In this document: positions 1 to 9,005 of the stretch, piece after piece | How positions within the stretch are numbered: position 1 is the stretch's first letter | Layout of the letters: each line of letters starts with the position of its first letter | Source: Acetobacteraceae bacterium | Lineage (GTDB): Bacteria > Pseudomonadota > Alphaproteobacteria > Acetobacterales > Acetobacteraceae | Reading direction: 5' to 3' | NCBI GenBank assembly: GCA_035685165.1 | Contig: DASRBI010000011.1 | Span: forward strand, 32,402-96,401 | DNA length: 64,000 bases | The notes under the pieces: model-generated | The model's input: the letters and a program-made list of their open reading frames with translations, nothing else | Database searches by the model: none | Told to the model about the DNA's origin: nothing | Program-made: the position numbers and the translations under genes

Positions 1-812
1 CCGATCCCGGCCTGCGCCCACAGCGCATCGCGATCCTGCGCCCAGCCGCCGCGCAACTGCACCGGATCGCCGGGGAAGGCGTTGTGCCGCTCGATCGCGC
101 CGCACACGGCGACGAACGGAAGCCGCAAGTGGCGCGCGCGATCCTCGGACATGACCAGGAACCCGTCCGCCCCGGCGCAGGGCATGACGCAGTCATAAAG
201 GCAGAGCGGCTCGGCGATCATGCGCGCGGCGAGGAACTGATCGAGGCTCAGGTCGCCGCGCAGCAGGGCGAGCGGATTGCGCTGCGCGTTGCGCCGCTGC
301 GCCACGGCGAGCTTGCCGAAATCGGCACGCGTCGCGCCGGTCGCGCGCATATAGGCATCGGCGATCAGCGCGAAGCTCGCATTGGGTCCGCCCGCGCCGT
401 AGGGATAGACAGCTTCGCGGGCGAATGTGCTGAACCCGGCGAGCAGATCGCGAAAGCTCGTCTCGTTCGCGGTGTCGCCGGCGATGCACGCGACGATCTC
501 GGCATCGCCAGCCTGCACCGCGCGCGCCGCGCGGCGCAGCGCAACGATGCCGCAGGCGCCGCCCATCGGCAGCCATTCCAGAAAGCGCGGCGAGACACCC
601 ACATGCTGCGCGAAGGCAACCGACGTATCGGGAAGCAGCGTGAAGCTGGAGGCGCACAGGCCGTCGATGTCAGTCTTGGCGATCCCCGAGGCTTGCAGCA
701 AAAGACGCAGCGCGCCTGCAAGAAACCAAGCCGCACCGTGCGGCGAGCGCCGGAGATAGGGCACCGTGACCGGGCAGCACAGCGCGACACCCCGATAGTC
801 GCGCGCGGTCAC
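1..812 (-). CDS. thiolase-like (SCP-x / lipid-transfer type) protein, partial; C-terminus lies beyond the window start
   Basis: Absent from the ORF track because it runs off the window. My translation of the minus strand from GTG at 812 gives VTARDYRGVALCCPVTVPYLRRSPHGAAWFLAGALRLLLQASGIAKTDIDGLCASSF...PMGGACGIVALRRAARAVQAGDAEIVACIAGD...YPYGAGGPNASFALIADAYM, which is thiolase-fold-like. The GTG overlaps the TGA of the upstream ligase (GTGA, 809-812). Confidence 0.6.
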   Translation of the reverse strand, partial: MTARDYRGVALCCPVTVPYLRRSPHGAAWFLAGALRLLLQASGIAKTDIDGLCASSFTLLPDTSVAFAQHVGVSPRFLEWLPMGGACGIVALRRAARAVQAGDAEIVACIAGDTANETSFRDLLAGFSTFAREAVYPYGAGGPNASFALIADAYMRATGATRADFGKLAVAQRRNAQRNPLALLRGDLSLDQFLAARMIAEPLCLYDCVMPCAGADGFLVMSEDRARHLRLPFVAVCGAIERHNAFPGDPVQLRGGWAQDRDALWAQAGI

Positions 813-2398
813 GCGCGCTCCGCTGCGGCGTGCGCGTCGCGGCGCTTGAGATGGCGAACGTCCACGCAGTTTCCGTCGGCAACGAGCTGGGCAGCCAGCG
901 ATTTCAGCTCCCCGCGCGCGACCTTCTGGCTGGCGGTGATCGGCAGCGCATCAAGGAATGCGATCCAGCCGGGAACCTTGAAGTAGGACAGCTCGGCGAG
1001 TGCCGCGCGCGTGATCTCGGCGGCGGCGGCCGGCTTGTCGGCAATCGCTTCGCGCGGGACGATGCAGGCGAGCACCTCCTCGCCGCGCACCGGATCGGGG
1101 GCGGCGGCGACCGCCACCTCGGCAACGAGCGTATGGCGGCGAAGGACGGATTCCACCTCGACCGCGCTGATGTTCTCGCCGCTGCGCCGGATGATGTTCT
1201 TCTTGCGATCGACGAAGTAGAGGAACCCCTCCTCGTCCCGGCGTACCAGATCGCCGGTGTGGAACCAGCCGCCCGCCCAGGCGGCTTCGGTCGCCTCCTT
1301 GTCCTTGAGATACTCGGTGAAAAACCCGGCGCGCGGATCGGGACCTGCGGCGCGAACCAGAAGCTCGCCGTCCGCCTCAATCCGCGTCTCCACCTCGGGC
1401 TCCGGCCGGCCAAAACAGCTCGTGCCGACATGGCGCAGCTCGCGGTTGGCGATTACCACCGCGCCGGCGCCGGTCTCGGTCATCGCCCACGCCTCGATCA
1501 GCGGGAAGCCGAAGCGGGCTTCGAAAGCGGCGTGATGGCGCCGATCCACCCCGGCGCCGAAGCCGAAGCGCACCGCATGGTCGCGGTCTTTCGGATCGGG
1601 GGGGGCGTTGAGCAGCATCGACGGCATGACGCCGAGATAGTGAACGATGGTCGCGCCGCTCTCGCGCACCGAATTCCACCAGGTGCGCGGGTGGAAGCGG
1701 TCGAGCTGCACGATGCAGCCGCCCGTGACGATCATCGCCATGCTCGAATAGGCCATGGCGTTCATGTGCGTGAGTGGCAGCGGGGTGATCAGGCGGTCGC
1801 CTTCATGCAGCGCGCACAATCCGCCGATGCGGGCGTACCAGAGGCCGGCACGCAGATAATAGTCGTTGGAAAGCACGCAGCCTTTGGGCTTGCCGGTCGT
1901 GCCGGACGTGTAGAGAAGCGCACACTCGCTGTCGCGGCCGACGCTGTGCGCCTCGGCCGCGCGCCCCACGGCAGGCGGCGCATCGCCGTCGATGATCGCG
2001 GGAACGCTCATGCCGGCGAGCCTCTGCAGATGCGGCGCGGCGGTGACCGCGAGCGCCATCTCGCTATGGGTCACGAGATAGGCAAGCTCGGCAGGCCGCA
2101 AATCCGGATTGAGCGGAACCACGGAGACGCCGAGCCCGTTCAAGGCAAGCCAATGCAGGAAGAACGCGGGCCGGTTCTCCAGCATCAGGCCGACGCGATG
2201 GCCCGCACCGTAACCCGCTGCGGCGTAGCCCTCGCGCAGCCGCGCCACCTGCCCGGCAGCCTCGCCGTAGGAGATCGTGCCCGGCGCGATGCCATAGGCC
2301 CTTGCTGTGTCCGGCACCACCAGCAGGAACGGGCGGCCGGAATCGAGCGAGGCGGTTGCGGCGAAGCGGTCCGCGACTGTCTGATGCGCGTCAGTCAT
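809..2398 (-). CDS. AMP-dependent acyl-CoA synthetase/ligase
   Basis: ORF 809..2434. AMP-binding motifs LLYTSGTTGKPKGCVL, GWFHTGDL and RKKNIIRRSGENIS. Start moved to MTDAHQ (ATG 2398) because the 12 codons upstream are Arg/Gly-rich. Confidence 0.85.
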   Translation of the reverse strand: MTDAHQTVADRFAATASLDSGRPFLLVVPDTARAYGIAPGTISYGEAAGQVARLREGYAAAGYGAGHRVGLMLENRPAFFLHWLALNGLGVSVVPLNPDLRPAELAYLVTHSEMALAVTAAPHLQRLAGMSVPAIIDGDAPPAVGRAAEAHSVGRDSECALLYTSGTTGKPKGCVLSNDYYLRAGLWYARIGGLCALHEGDRLITPLPLTHMNAMAYSSMAMIVTGGCIVQLDRFHPRTWWNSVRESGATIVHYLGVMPSMLLNAPPDPKDRDHAVRFGFGAGVDRRHHAAFEARFGFPLIEAWAMTETGAGAVVIANRELRHVGTSCFGRPEPEVETRIEADGELLVRAAGPDPRAGFFTEYLKDKEATEAAWAGGWFHTGDLVRRDEEGFLYFVDRKKNIIRRSGENISAVEVESVLRRHTLVAEVAVAAAPDPVRGEEVLACIVPREAIADKPAAAAEITRAALAELSYFKVPGWIAFLDALPITASQKVARGELKSLAAQLVADGNCVDVRHLKRRDAHAAAERA

Positions 2399-2409
2399 CC
2401 CGCCCGACC

Positions 2410-2643
2410 CTAAGGCCGGACGGCGCCGACACAAGCTAGGCGGCCTGGCGCAGCCGGGGCACCGCCGCCAGCGCCGCCTCGGGGCTGATCCGCGCCATGC
2501 CCGCGACCTTGTGCGGCGACAAGCAGCACCGGCGCGCCGGACCAGCCGGCTAAGGCGCGAATATGCGGCACGTGCCAGACCATGTCGCCGATACCGGGCA
2601 GCGGCTGGATGACGGCCGTCTCAAACGCCAAGCCCGTGCTCAC
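2410..2643 (-). pseudogene. truncated glycosyltransferase-family-9-like stub (77 codons)
   Basis: GTG 2643 overlaps the cinA TGA (GTGA). The first ~43 codons, VSTGLAFETAVIQPLPGIGDMVWHVPHIRALAGWSGAPVLLVA, resemble the N-terminus of heptosyltransferase-type GT9 proteins. After that the composition collapses (AAQGRGHGADQPRGGAGGG). A full GT9 protein is about 330 aa. Confidence 0.3.
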
Positions 2644-3149
2644 AGGGCAGCGCGGACCATCTCGAAGGCATGACGCACCGCCGCTTGCCTGATCGCGGCG
2701 CGATCGCCGGGGAAGATGCGTGAATCGGTGCGGCAAGCGCCATCCGCCCGGGCGAGCCCGAACCACACCAGCCCCACTGGCTTCTCGGCGCTGCCCCCTC
2801 CGGGGCCGGCGACGCCGGTGACGGACACCGCGATCCCCGCGCGCGAGCGGGCGAGCGCACCCTCCGCCATCGCCCGCGCCACTTGCTCGCTCACGGCACC
2901 ATGCCTGCGGATCAGCTCGGCGGGCACGCCCACGAGCTCCGTTTTCGCCTCGTTCGAATAGGTCACGAACCCGCGATCCACCACGTCCGAAGAGCCCGCA
3001 ACCGCGGTCAGCGCGGCGGCGATGAGACCGCCGGTGCAGCTCTCTGCTGTCGCAAGCATCACGTTCCGCGCGCGGCACCGCGCCAGCAATTCGGCAGCCG
3101 CTTCGAGAAGGGCGGGATCATTCAGCACGGCCCCAGTTAGCCGGATCAC
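2640..3149 (-). CDS. cinA: CinA-family (C-terminal domain) protein / nicotinamide-nucleotide amidohydrolase PncC-like
   Basis: ORF 2640..3149. Motifs LATAESCTGGLIAAALT, YSNEAKTELVGV and SVTGVAGPGGGSAEKPVGLVW. The start codon is GTG. Confidence 0.85.
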   Translation of the reverse strand: MIRLTGAVLNDPALLEAAAELLARCRARNVMLATAESCTGGLIAAALTAVAGSSDVVDRGFVTYSNEAKTELVGVPAELIRRHGAVSEQVARAMAEGALARSRAGIAVSVTGVAGPGGGSAEKPVGLVWFGLARADGACRTDSRIFPGDRAAIRQAAVRHAFEMVRAAL

Positions 3150-3331
3150 CCGGAGGGCGCGAGTCCGTTTGTTTTCAGCTCGATCGGGCGGGTTTCTAGC
3201 TCGCGCGCCCGTTCCCAGAACTCCAGCTCGCGTCCGGCCGGCCAGCCGTCCGGCTCCTACAGATAGTAGGCTCGCTCACGCATGCGTTGCCGGCGGGCGG
3301 GGTCGCTCTTGTCGAAGGGACTCGGCGACAT
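3146..3331 (-). pseudogene. DUF2934-like small ORF interrupted by an in-frame TAG
   Basis: My translation: MSPSPFDKSDPARRQRMRERAYYL*EPDGWPAGRELEFWERARELETRPIELKTNGLAPSG*. The TAG (plus-strand cta at 3257-3259) sits where the DUF2934 core (RAYxLWE..G.P.G...W..A) has Trp (TGG). The terminal TGA overlaps the cinA GTG (GTGA). Confidence 0.5.
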
Positions 3332-3447
3332 CAATGACTTACCCCCAACTGTTGCGCCTAAAGCGGCGCCGCTTGCCCCCCGGGTTGCCCGCCCTCACGT
3401 TCTGCTGCGATGCAGCAAAGCCACGGACGGCGTCCTATATTGGGGCA

Positions 3448-4410
3448 ATGTTCCTGACGAAGATTGCTGCCCCTCGGGCCATTCCGGCACGACCGGGTCT
3501 GTCCTTGGCGCTTCAGGGAGGCGGCTCGTTCGGCGCCTTCACCTGGGGCGTGCTCGACCGTCTGCTGGAGGAGCCCGGGCTCCCCTCGGGGCTCGACATG
3601 ATCAGCGGGGCGAGCTCGGGGGCAGTGAACGCCGTCCTGCTCGCTGATGGGCTCGCCGCCGGCGGGCCGGAGGCGGCCCGCGAAAAACTCGGCCGGTTCT
3701 GGCACCATGTCGGCGCCTCGGGCGTCGGACCGACCCTGACAAGGGCGGCCGCCACGCTGCGAAGCAGCGGCTATGTCTCTCCCTTCGCGGTGAACCCGTT
3801 CGGGATCAACCCGCTCCGAAGGTTGCTAGATCAGGAAATCGATTTCGCCCGGCTGCGGCAATCGTGTCCCGTCCGGCTGCTGATCTCCGCGACCCGCGTG
3901 CGCGATGGCCGGCCCCGGCTCTTCCGCGAGCACGAGCTCACCTGCGATGCGGTGCTCGCCTCGGCATGTCTGCCGACCATCCACCCGCCGGTGGAGATCG
4001 AGGGCGAGACGTACTGGGATGGCGGCTTCAGCGCCAACCCGCCCCTGCGCCAGCTCGTCATCGACACCGAGAGCGCGCATATCCTGCTGGTGCGGCTGCT
4101 GCCGGACGGACATGCCGTGCCGCATTTTTCCTACGAGATCGCACAGCGGGCGAGCGAGATCGCCTTCAACGCGCCCCTATTGAAGGAGCAGGAAGCGGTG
4201 CAGGACATGCGCCGGGCCTGCGGCGAAGCGGGGCGGGCGGTCTCGCCGCTCTGCCGCAAGCTGGAGCGGCTGCGCTTCTCCACCATAGCCGCCGAGGCGG
4301 AAGTGCCCGACCTCGCCGACCGCAGCGCCGCCGACACCTCGATCCCGTTCCTGCTGCGGCTGCGCGATGCCGGCCGCCGCGCGGCCGAGGCATGGCTCGC
4401 CACGCAATGA
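3448..4410 (+). CDS. patatin-like phospholipase family protein
   Basis: C-terminal 320 aa of ORF 3022..4410. Contains LALQGGGSFGAFTWGVLDRLLE (oxyanion GGG) and the GASSGAVNA (GxSxG) nucleophile elbow. The upstream 142 codons are Arg/Ser-rich junk, so the start is set at MFLTKI (ATG 3448). Confidence 0.85.
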   Translation: MFLTKIAAPRAIPARPGLSLALQGGGSFGAFTWGVLDRLLEEPGLPSGLDMISGASSGAVNAVLLADGLAAGGPEAAREKLGRFWHHVGASGVGPTLTRAAATLRSSGYVSPFAVNPFGINPLRRLLDQEIDFARLRQSCPVRLLISATRVRDGRPRLFREHELTCDAVLASACLPTIHPPVEIEGETYWDGGFSANPPLRQLVIDTESAHILLVRLLPDGHAVPHFSYEIAQRASEIAFNAPLLKEQEAVQDMRRACGEAGRAVSPLCRKLERLRFSTIAAEAEVPDLADRSAADTSIPFLLRLRDAGRRAAEAWLATQ

Positions 4411-4516
4411 GCGTCTTGCCGGGCCTCGGCCCGCAGGCTACATCGCGCGGCTTCGCCGGCACCCCTGGAGGCCGGCTTTCGGTGTTGGCCCCGGAGCGGG
4501 GCGCTAGGAGCGGATC

Positions 4517-5191
4517 ATGGCCAATTTCGTGACGATCGAGGCCGAGGTGCGCGCGCGGGCCGGTAAGGGGGCGGCGCGCGCGACCCGGCGGGCGGGCAAG
4601 GTGCCTGCGGTTCTTTACGGCGCGCATCAGCCGCCGGCGCCGATCGCGCTCGAGCCCCGCGCGATCCTGCGTGAAATCCAGCGGCCGGGCTGGCAATCGC
4701 GGGTCTATGAGATCAGGACGAACGGCGGCGCCACCCGCGCGCTGATCCGCGACGTGCAGATCCACCCGGTGACCGACCTGCCGGAGCACGTCGATTTCCA
4801 GCGGCTTGCCCCCGGCGAGCGGATTCGCGTGGCGGTGCCGGTGCATTTCGAGAACGAGGGCCTCTCGACCGGTCTCAAGCGCGGCGGCGTGCTGAACGTC
4901 GTGCGCCACGCGGTGGAGGTGTACGCGCAGCCCGAGAACATTCCCGAACAGTTCGTCGCCGACCTGACGGGGCTCGACTTCAACGACAATATCCGCTGGC
5001 ACGATTTGAAGGGGACCGAGCAGGTGCGTCCCGTCATCACCGACCGCGACTTCGTGGTTGCGACGGTGGCGCCGCCGACCAAGGCGGCGGAGCCCGCGGC
5101 CGAGGCGCAGGCCGCCGCGGCGCCGGCCGCCGCCGCCACGCCGGCTGCCGCCGCATCCGCCACCCCGGCCAGGGGTGCGGCCAAGAAATAA
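4517..5191 (+). CDS. rplY: 50S ribosomal protein L25/general stress protein Ctc
   Basis: [22 protein letters not shown]...[21 protein letters not shown], with an Ala/Pro-rich tail. Sits in the conserved rplY-pth-ychF order. Confidence 0.9.
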   Translation: MANFVTIEAEVRARAGKGAARATRRAGKVPAVLYGAHQPPAPIALEPRAILREIQRPGWQSRVYEIRTNGGATRALIRDVQIHPVTDLPEHVDFQRLAPGERIRVAVPVHFENEGLSTGLKRGGVLNVVRHAVEVYAQPENIPEQFVADLTGLDFNDNIRWHDLKGTEQVRPVITDRDFVVATVAPPTKAAEPAAEAQAAAAPAAAATPAAAASATPARGAAKK

Positions 5192-5211
5192 GGCTTCGGC
5201 AGGCGCCCGCC

Positions 5212-5802
5212 ATGCTGCTTTGGGTGGGGCTCGGCAATCCCGAGCCGGGGCAGGCGCGCAACCGCCACAATGTCGGCTTCATGGCGATCGACACGATCGC
5301 CATTCGCCACGGCTTCGCGCCATGGCGGAGCCGGTTCAAGGGTCTCGTTTCGGAAGGCATTGTTGGCGGCGAGCGGATCATCGCGCTCAAGCCGCAGACC
5401 TACATGAACGAGTCTGGCGCCTCGGTGCAGGCCGCCGCCGCGTTTTACAAGCTGCCTGCCGATGCGATCACCGCGTTTCACGATGAGCTCGACCTGGCGC
5501 CCGGCAAGGTGCGGGTGAAGCGGGGGGGTGGCGCGGCGGGACATAACGGGCTGCGGAGCATGGACCGGATGCTCGGCACGCCGGACTACTGGCGGGTGCG
5601 GCTCGGTATCGGCCATCCCGGCGACAAGGAGCGCGTGCTCGGGCACGTGCTCGGCGATTTTGCGAAGGAGGATCGCCCCTGGGTGGTGGCGATGCTGGAT
5701 GCGGTCGCGGAGTCCGCCGCGCTGCTCGCCGAGGGAAAGCCCGAGGAATTCATGACAAGGGTGGCCGCCCTCACCCGCCCCGCGAGCGCGAGAGGGGAGT
5801 AA
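5212..5802 (+). CDS. pth: peptidyl-tRNA hydrolase
   Basis: [27 protein letters not shown]...YMNESG...GHNGLRS. Confidence 0.95.
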   Translation: MLLWVGLGNPEPGQARNRHNVGFMAIDTIAIRHGFAPWRSRFKGLVSEGIVGGERIIALKPQTYMNESGASVQAAAAFYKLPADAITAFHDELDLAPGKVRVKRGGGAAGHNGLRSMDRMLGTPDYWRVRLGIGHPGDKERVLGHVLGDFAKEDRPWVVAMLDAVAESAALLAEGKPEEFMTRVAALTRPASARGE

Positions 5803-5826
5803 AGGAGCAACGCAACTCTCGCGCTT

Positions 5827-5868
5827 GCGGGAGAGGTCGCCCGCGCGGCAGCGCGGGCGGGTGAGGGC
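5827..5868. repeat. GC-rich intergenic repeat unit GCGGGAGAGG-hairpin-GGTGAGGGC
   Basis: Sequence gcgggagaggtcgcccgcgcggcagcgcgggcgggtgagggc, with a perfect 9-bp hairpin cgcccgcgc/gcgcgggcg. An inverted copy lies at 14163-14202. Confidence 0.55.
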
Positions 5869-5879
5869 CAGGAGAGATC

Positions 5880-6974
5880 ATGGGATTCAACTGCGGCATT
5901 GTGGGCCTGCCAAATGTCGGCAAATCGACGCTGTTCAATGCGCTGACCGCCACCGCCGCGGCGCAGGCGGCAAATTATCCGTTCTGCACCATCGAGCCGA
6001 ATGTCGGCCGCGTCGCGGTACCCGACCGGCGGCTCGAGACGCTGGCGGCAATCGGCAAATCCGCCCGCATCGTGCCGACCAGCCTGGAGTTCGTCGATAT
6101 CGCGGGCCTCGTGCGCGGCGCCTCCAAAGGCGAGGGATTGGGCAACCAGTTCCTCGCCAATATCCGCGAAGTGGACGCGATCATCCACGTGCTGCGCTGC
6201 TTCGCGAACGCGGACGTGACGCATGTGGAAGGCGCGATCGATCCGGTGCGGGATGCTGAGATCGTCGAGACCGAGCTAATGCTCGCCGACCTGGAAAGCC
6301 TGGAGAAGCGCATCCCCGCGCTGCAAAAGAAGGCGCGTGGCGGGGACCGGGAGAGTGCAGCGCAGCTCGCTCTGATCGAACCGATCGCCGCCGCGCTGCG
6401 CGACGGGCGTCCGGCGCGCGCGGCAATTCCGGCGGGCGCGGAGGAGGCCGCGCGCCGCTTGCAGCTCCTGACCTCCAAGCCCGTGCTTTACGTGTGCAAT
6501 GTGGAGGAGGACGCAGCGGCGGGCGGCAACGCCCTGTCGGCACGCGTCGCCGAGCGCGCGGCGGAGGCGGGCGCGCGCATGGTGGTGGTGTCGGCGGCGA
6601 TCGAGGCGGAAGTCGCGCAATTGCCCGCAGATGAGCGCGGTGAGTTCCTGGCCGGGCTCGGGCTTTCCGACAGCGGCCTCGATCGGGTGATCCGCGCCGG
6701 CTACGAGCTGCTCGATCTGATCACGTTCTTCACCGTCGGGCCGAAGGAGGCGCGCGCCTGGACGGTCGTGCGAGGCACGCGCGCGCCGCAGGCGGCCGGC
6801 GTGATCCACGGCGATTTCGAACGCGGCTTCATCGCCTGCGAGACGATCGCCTACGACGATTTCGTCGCTTGCAACGGCGAGGCGGGCGCCAAGGAGGCGG
6901 GGCGGATGCGGGTCGAGGGGAAGGACTACGTCGTGCGCGACGGCGACGTGCTGCTGTTCCGGTTCAATGTGTAG
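5880..6974 (+). CDS. ychF: redox-regulated ribosome-binding ATPase YchF
   Basis: MGFNCGIVGLPNVGKSTLFNALT...FCTIEPN...DIAGLV; 364 aa. Confidence 0.95.
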   Translation: MGFNCGIVGLPNVGKSTLFNALTATAAAQAANYPFCTIEPNVGRVAVPDRRLETLAAIGKSARIVPTSLEFVDIAGLVRGASKGEGLGNQFLANIREVDAIIHVLRCFANADVTHVEGAIDPVRDAEIVETELMLADLESLEKRIPALQKKARGGDRESAAQLALIEPIAAALRDGRPARAAIPAGAEEAARRLQLLTSKPVLYVCNVEEDAAAGGNALSARVAERAAEAGARMVVVSAAIEAEVAQLPADERGEFLAGLGLSDSGLDRVIRAGYELLDLITFFTVGPKEARAWTVVRGTRAPQAAGVIHGDFERGFIACETIAYDDFVACNGEAGAKEAGRMRVEGKDYVVRDGDVLLFRFNV

Positions 6975-7019
6975 CGATAGCGCTCCGCAATCATTGTATT
7001 TGGCGGCATTCAGAGTTCG

Positions 7020-7170
7020 CCCTCCGCTCGCGGGAGGGGGTCAGGGGGAGGGGAACAAGCCGGACAGCCATTTGTCGGCTCGCCTGTTCCTGTCGCGAAC
7101 GTTCCATAGCGCCGCTCGGCCCCCTTCCCTCTCCCTCCCCCAAGGGGAGGGGAACTCCATTCCGTCCGCT
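7020..7170. repeat. cluster of GGGGAGGGG-type palindromic intergenic repeats
   Basis: Hairpin ccctccgc-tcg-cgggaggg. Two direct copies of ggggaggggaac (about 7046 and 7144). Hairpin ccctcccc-caa-ggggaggg. No credible ORF; the track ORFs here translate to repeat-derived text such as SLPQGEGN. Confidence 0.55.
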
Positions 7171-7204
7171 TGTTCGGACCTGAAGCCGAACGCGAGCAGC
7201 GACA

Positions 7205-8023
7205 CTACTGCCCGGTGAAATTCGGCCGGCGCTTGGCGGCGAAGGCCGACACCGCCTCCTGGTGATCCTTCGTCAGATTGGATTGCGTCTCCAGGCTGAG
7301 GCTGAGGTCCATCATCGAATGCGCGAGCTGGCGCAGCGGGATGTTGATCACCTGCTTGGTCCAGCGAATCGACTTCATCGCCCCTGACGCCAGCTGGCGG
7401 GCAAGGCCGTAGACTTTCGCATCGAGCTGGTCCGGCGGCACCACATGGTTGATCAGGCCGATCCGGTGCGCCTCGGCCGCCGTCATCAGCTCGCCGGTGA
7501 ACAGATATTCCTTCGCGCGCGCGAAGCCGATGAGCTGCGGCCAGATCAGCGCGCCGCCGTCGCCGGCAACCAGCCCCGCGTTTACGTGCGGATCGCCGAT
7601 CTTCGCCGACTCAGCGGCAATGATGATGTCGCACATCAGCGCGATCGTGGCGCCGAGGCCGACCGCATGGCCGTTCACCCGCGCGATGATCGGCTTGTCG
7701 CATTCCAGCATGCGGAAGATGATACGTTTGGCTTCCGGCAGGCTGGTCGCGTCCCACAGCGCGGGGTTGTCGATCTTCTCCTGCATGGCGATCACATTGC
7801 CACCGGCCGAGAAGGCGCGCCCCGCGCCGGTAAGCACGACCACGTTCACCTCGGGATCGTCCTGCACGTCGTCCCAGATGCGCGACATCGAATAGTGCAT
7901 CTCGGCCGAAAACGCGTTCATCGAGTCCGGCGCGTTCAAGGTGATCGTCATCACCTTGTCCGCTTTCTCGACGCGAAGCCCGCCATAGGGCGTGTAGTCG
8001 TACACCTTATCGAGCGGCGGCAT
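7205..8023 (-). CDS. enoyl-CoA hydratase/isomerase (crotonase) family protein
   Basis: C-terminal 272 aa of ORF 7205..8185, from MPPLDKVYDY. Contains VVVLTGAGRAFSAGGN...PIIARVNGHAVGLGATIALMCDI. Confidence 0.85.
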   Translation of the reverse strand: MPPLDKVYDYTPYGGLRVEKADKVMTITLNAPDSMNAFSAEMHYSMSRIWDDVQDDPEVNVVVLTGAGRAFSAGGNVIAMQEKIDNPALWDATSLPEAKRIIFRMLECDKPIIARVNGHAVGLGATIALMCDIIIAAESAKIGDPHVNAGLVAGDGGALIWPQLIGFARAKEYLFTGELMTAAEAHRIGLINHVVPPDQLDAKVYGLARQLASGAMKSIRWTKQVINIPLRQLAHSMMDLSLSLETQSNLTKDHQEAVSAFAAKRRPNFTGQ

Positions 8024-8090
8024 TGCGGTGCTCCTTCCCTGCGGCCCGGCGCGGGCGCAAGCGCGATGCTGAAACGCGCCCGCCCGCCGA

Positions 8091-9005
8091 TCAAGCACGG
8101 GCATCCCGTTGCGTCTGCAATCGTCCGCCATGGGTCCACCAGCCCGGGCGGCGCAGCGCGGCGGCGGCGGCACGCGCCTCGGCATCGGTGTCGAACAGGC
8201 CGAAGCAGGTCGCGCCGGAACCGCTCATCCGCGCGAACCGGCACCCCGGCACCGCGCGTAAGGCGGCGAGGACGCACCCGATTTCCGGGCAGAGCCCGAT
8301 CGCCGCCGGTTCAAGATCGTTGCGCGTGCCGGCAAGAAAGGCCGCGAGGTCCGCGATGCTCCCCCACAAACCAGGCAGCGGCACCGCAGGCGAGAACGGC
8401 CCGGTGCGCGCGCGAAACACCGCTTGGGTGGGAACGGGAACGCCCGGGTTCGCCAGCACAAGCCCGCCCGCCGGAATCTCCGGGGCCGGACTGACATCCT
8501 CACCGATCCCCGCCATGCGCGCCGGCACGCCGGCGAGGCAGACCGGCACGTCGGCGCCGAGCGCGAGCGCGACGCCGTGCAGGTCGGTCGCGTCCCCGGC
8601 GATGCCCCAGGCGCGGCATAAGAGGCGCAGCGTCGCGGCCGCGTCGGCCGAGCCGCCGCCGATCCCGGAGGCGACGGGCAGCGTCTTGCGGAGCCGCAGC
8701 GCCCCGCGCGCGGGAAGCGAGGCGGCGGCGGAAAGCGCGCGGGCGGCCCGCAGCACAAGGTTGTCCGCCGCCGCCTCCAGCGCGGCGGCGAACGGTCCTT
8801 CAACCGCCAGCGACAACGGTGCCGCCGCATCGTCCAGCGCCAGCGTGTCGGCCGCCTCGGCGAACACCACGAGACTATCGAGCAGATGATACCCGTCCGC
8901 CCGCCGGCCGGTGACGTGGAGGTAGAGATTGACCTTGGCCCGGGCGGATTCGGCGTGCGGCGCGCTATCCAATGCCGATCGCGGCCGGCTTTGGGCCAGC
9001 CGCAT
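8091..9005 (-). CDS. ispE: 4-diphosphocytidyl-2-C-methyl-D-erythritol kinase
   Basis: [25 protein letters not shown]...[21 protein letters not shown] 9005 gives a 41-nt overlap with the upstream regulator. An alternative TTG at 8972 would give [16 protein letters not shown]. Confidence 0.85.
   Translation of the reverse strand: MRLAQSRPRSALDSAPHAESARAKVNLYLHVTGRRADGYHLLDSLVVFAEAADTLALDDAAAPLSLAVEGPFAAALEAAADNLVLRAARALSAAASLPARGALRLRKTLPVASGIGGGSADAAATLRLLCRAWGIAGDATDLHGVALALGADVPVCLAGVPARMAGIGEDVSPAPEIPAGGLVLANPGVPVPTQAVFRARTGPFSPAVPLPGLWGSIADLAAFLAGTRNDLEPAAIGLCPEIGCVLAALRAVPGCRFARMSGSGATCFGLFDTDAEARAAAAALRRPGWWTHGGRLQTQRDARA

Noticed and set aside
84-986. A 300-aa plus-strand ORF at the window start.
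   Set aside because: The opposite strand encodes a coherent thiolase-like protein whose GTG overlaps the stop of the upstream ligase. The plus-strand translation is Arg/Ala-rich with no motifs.
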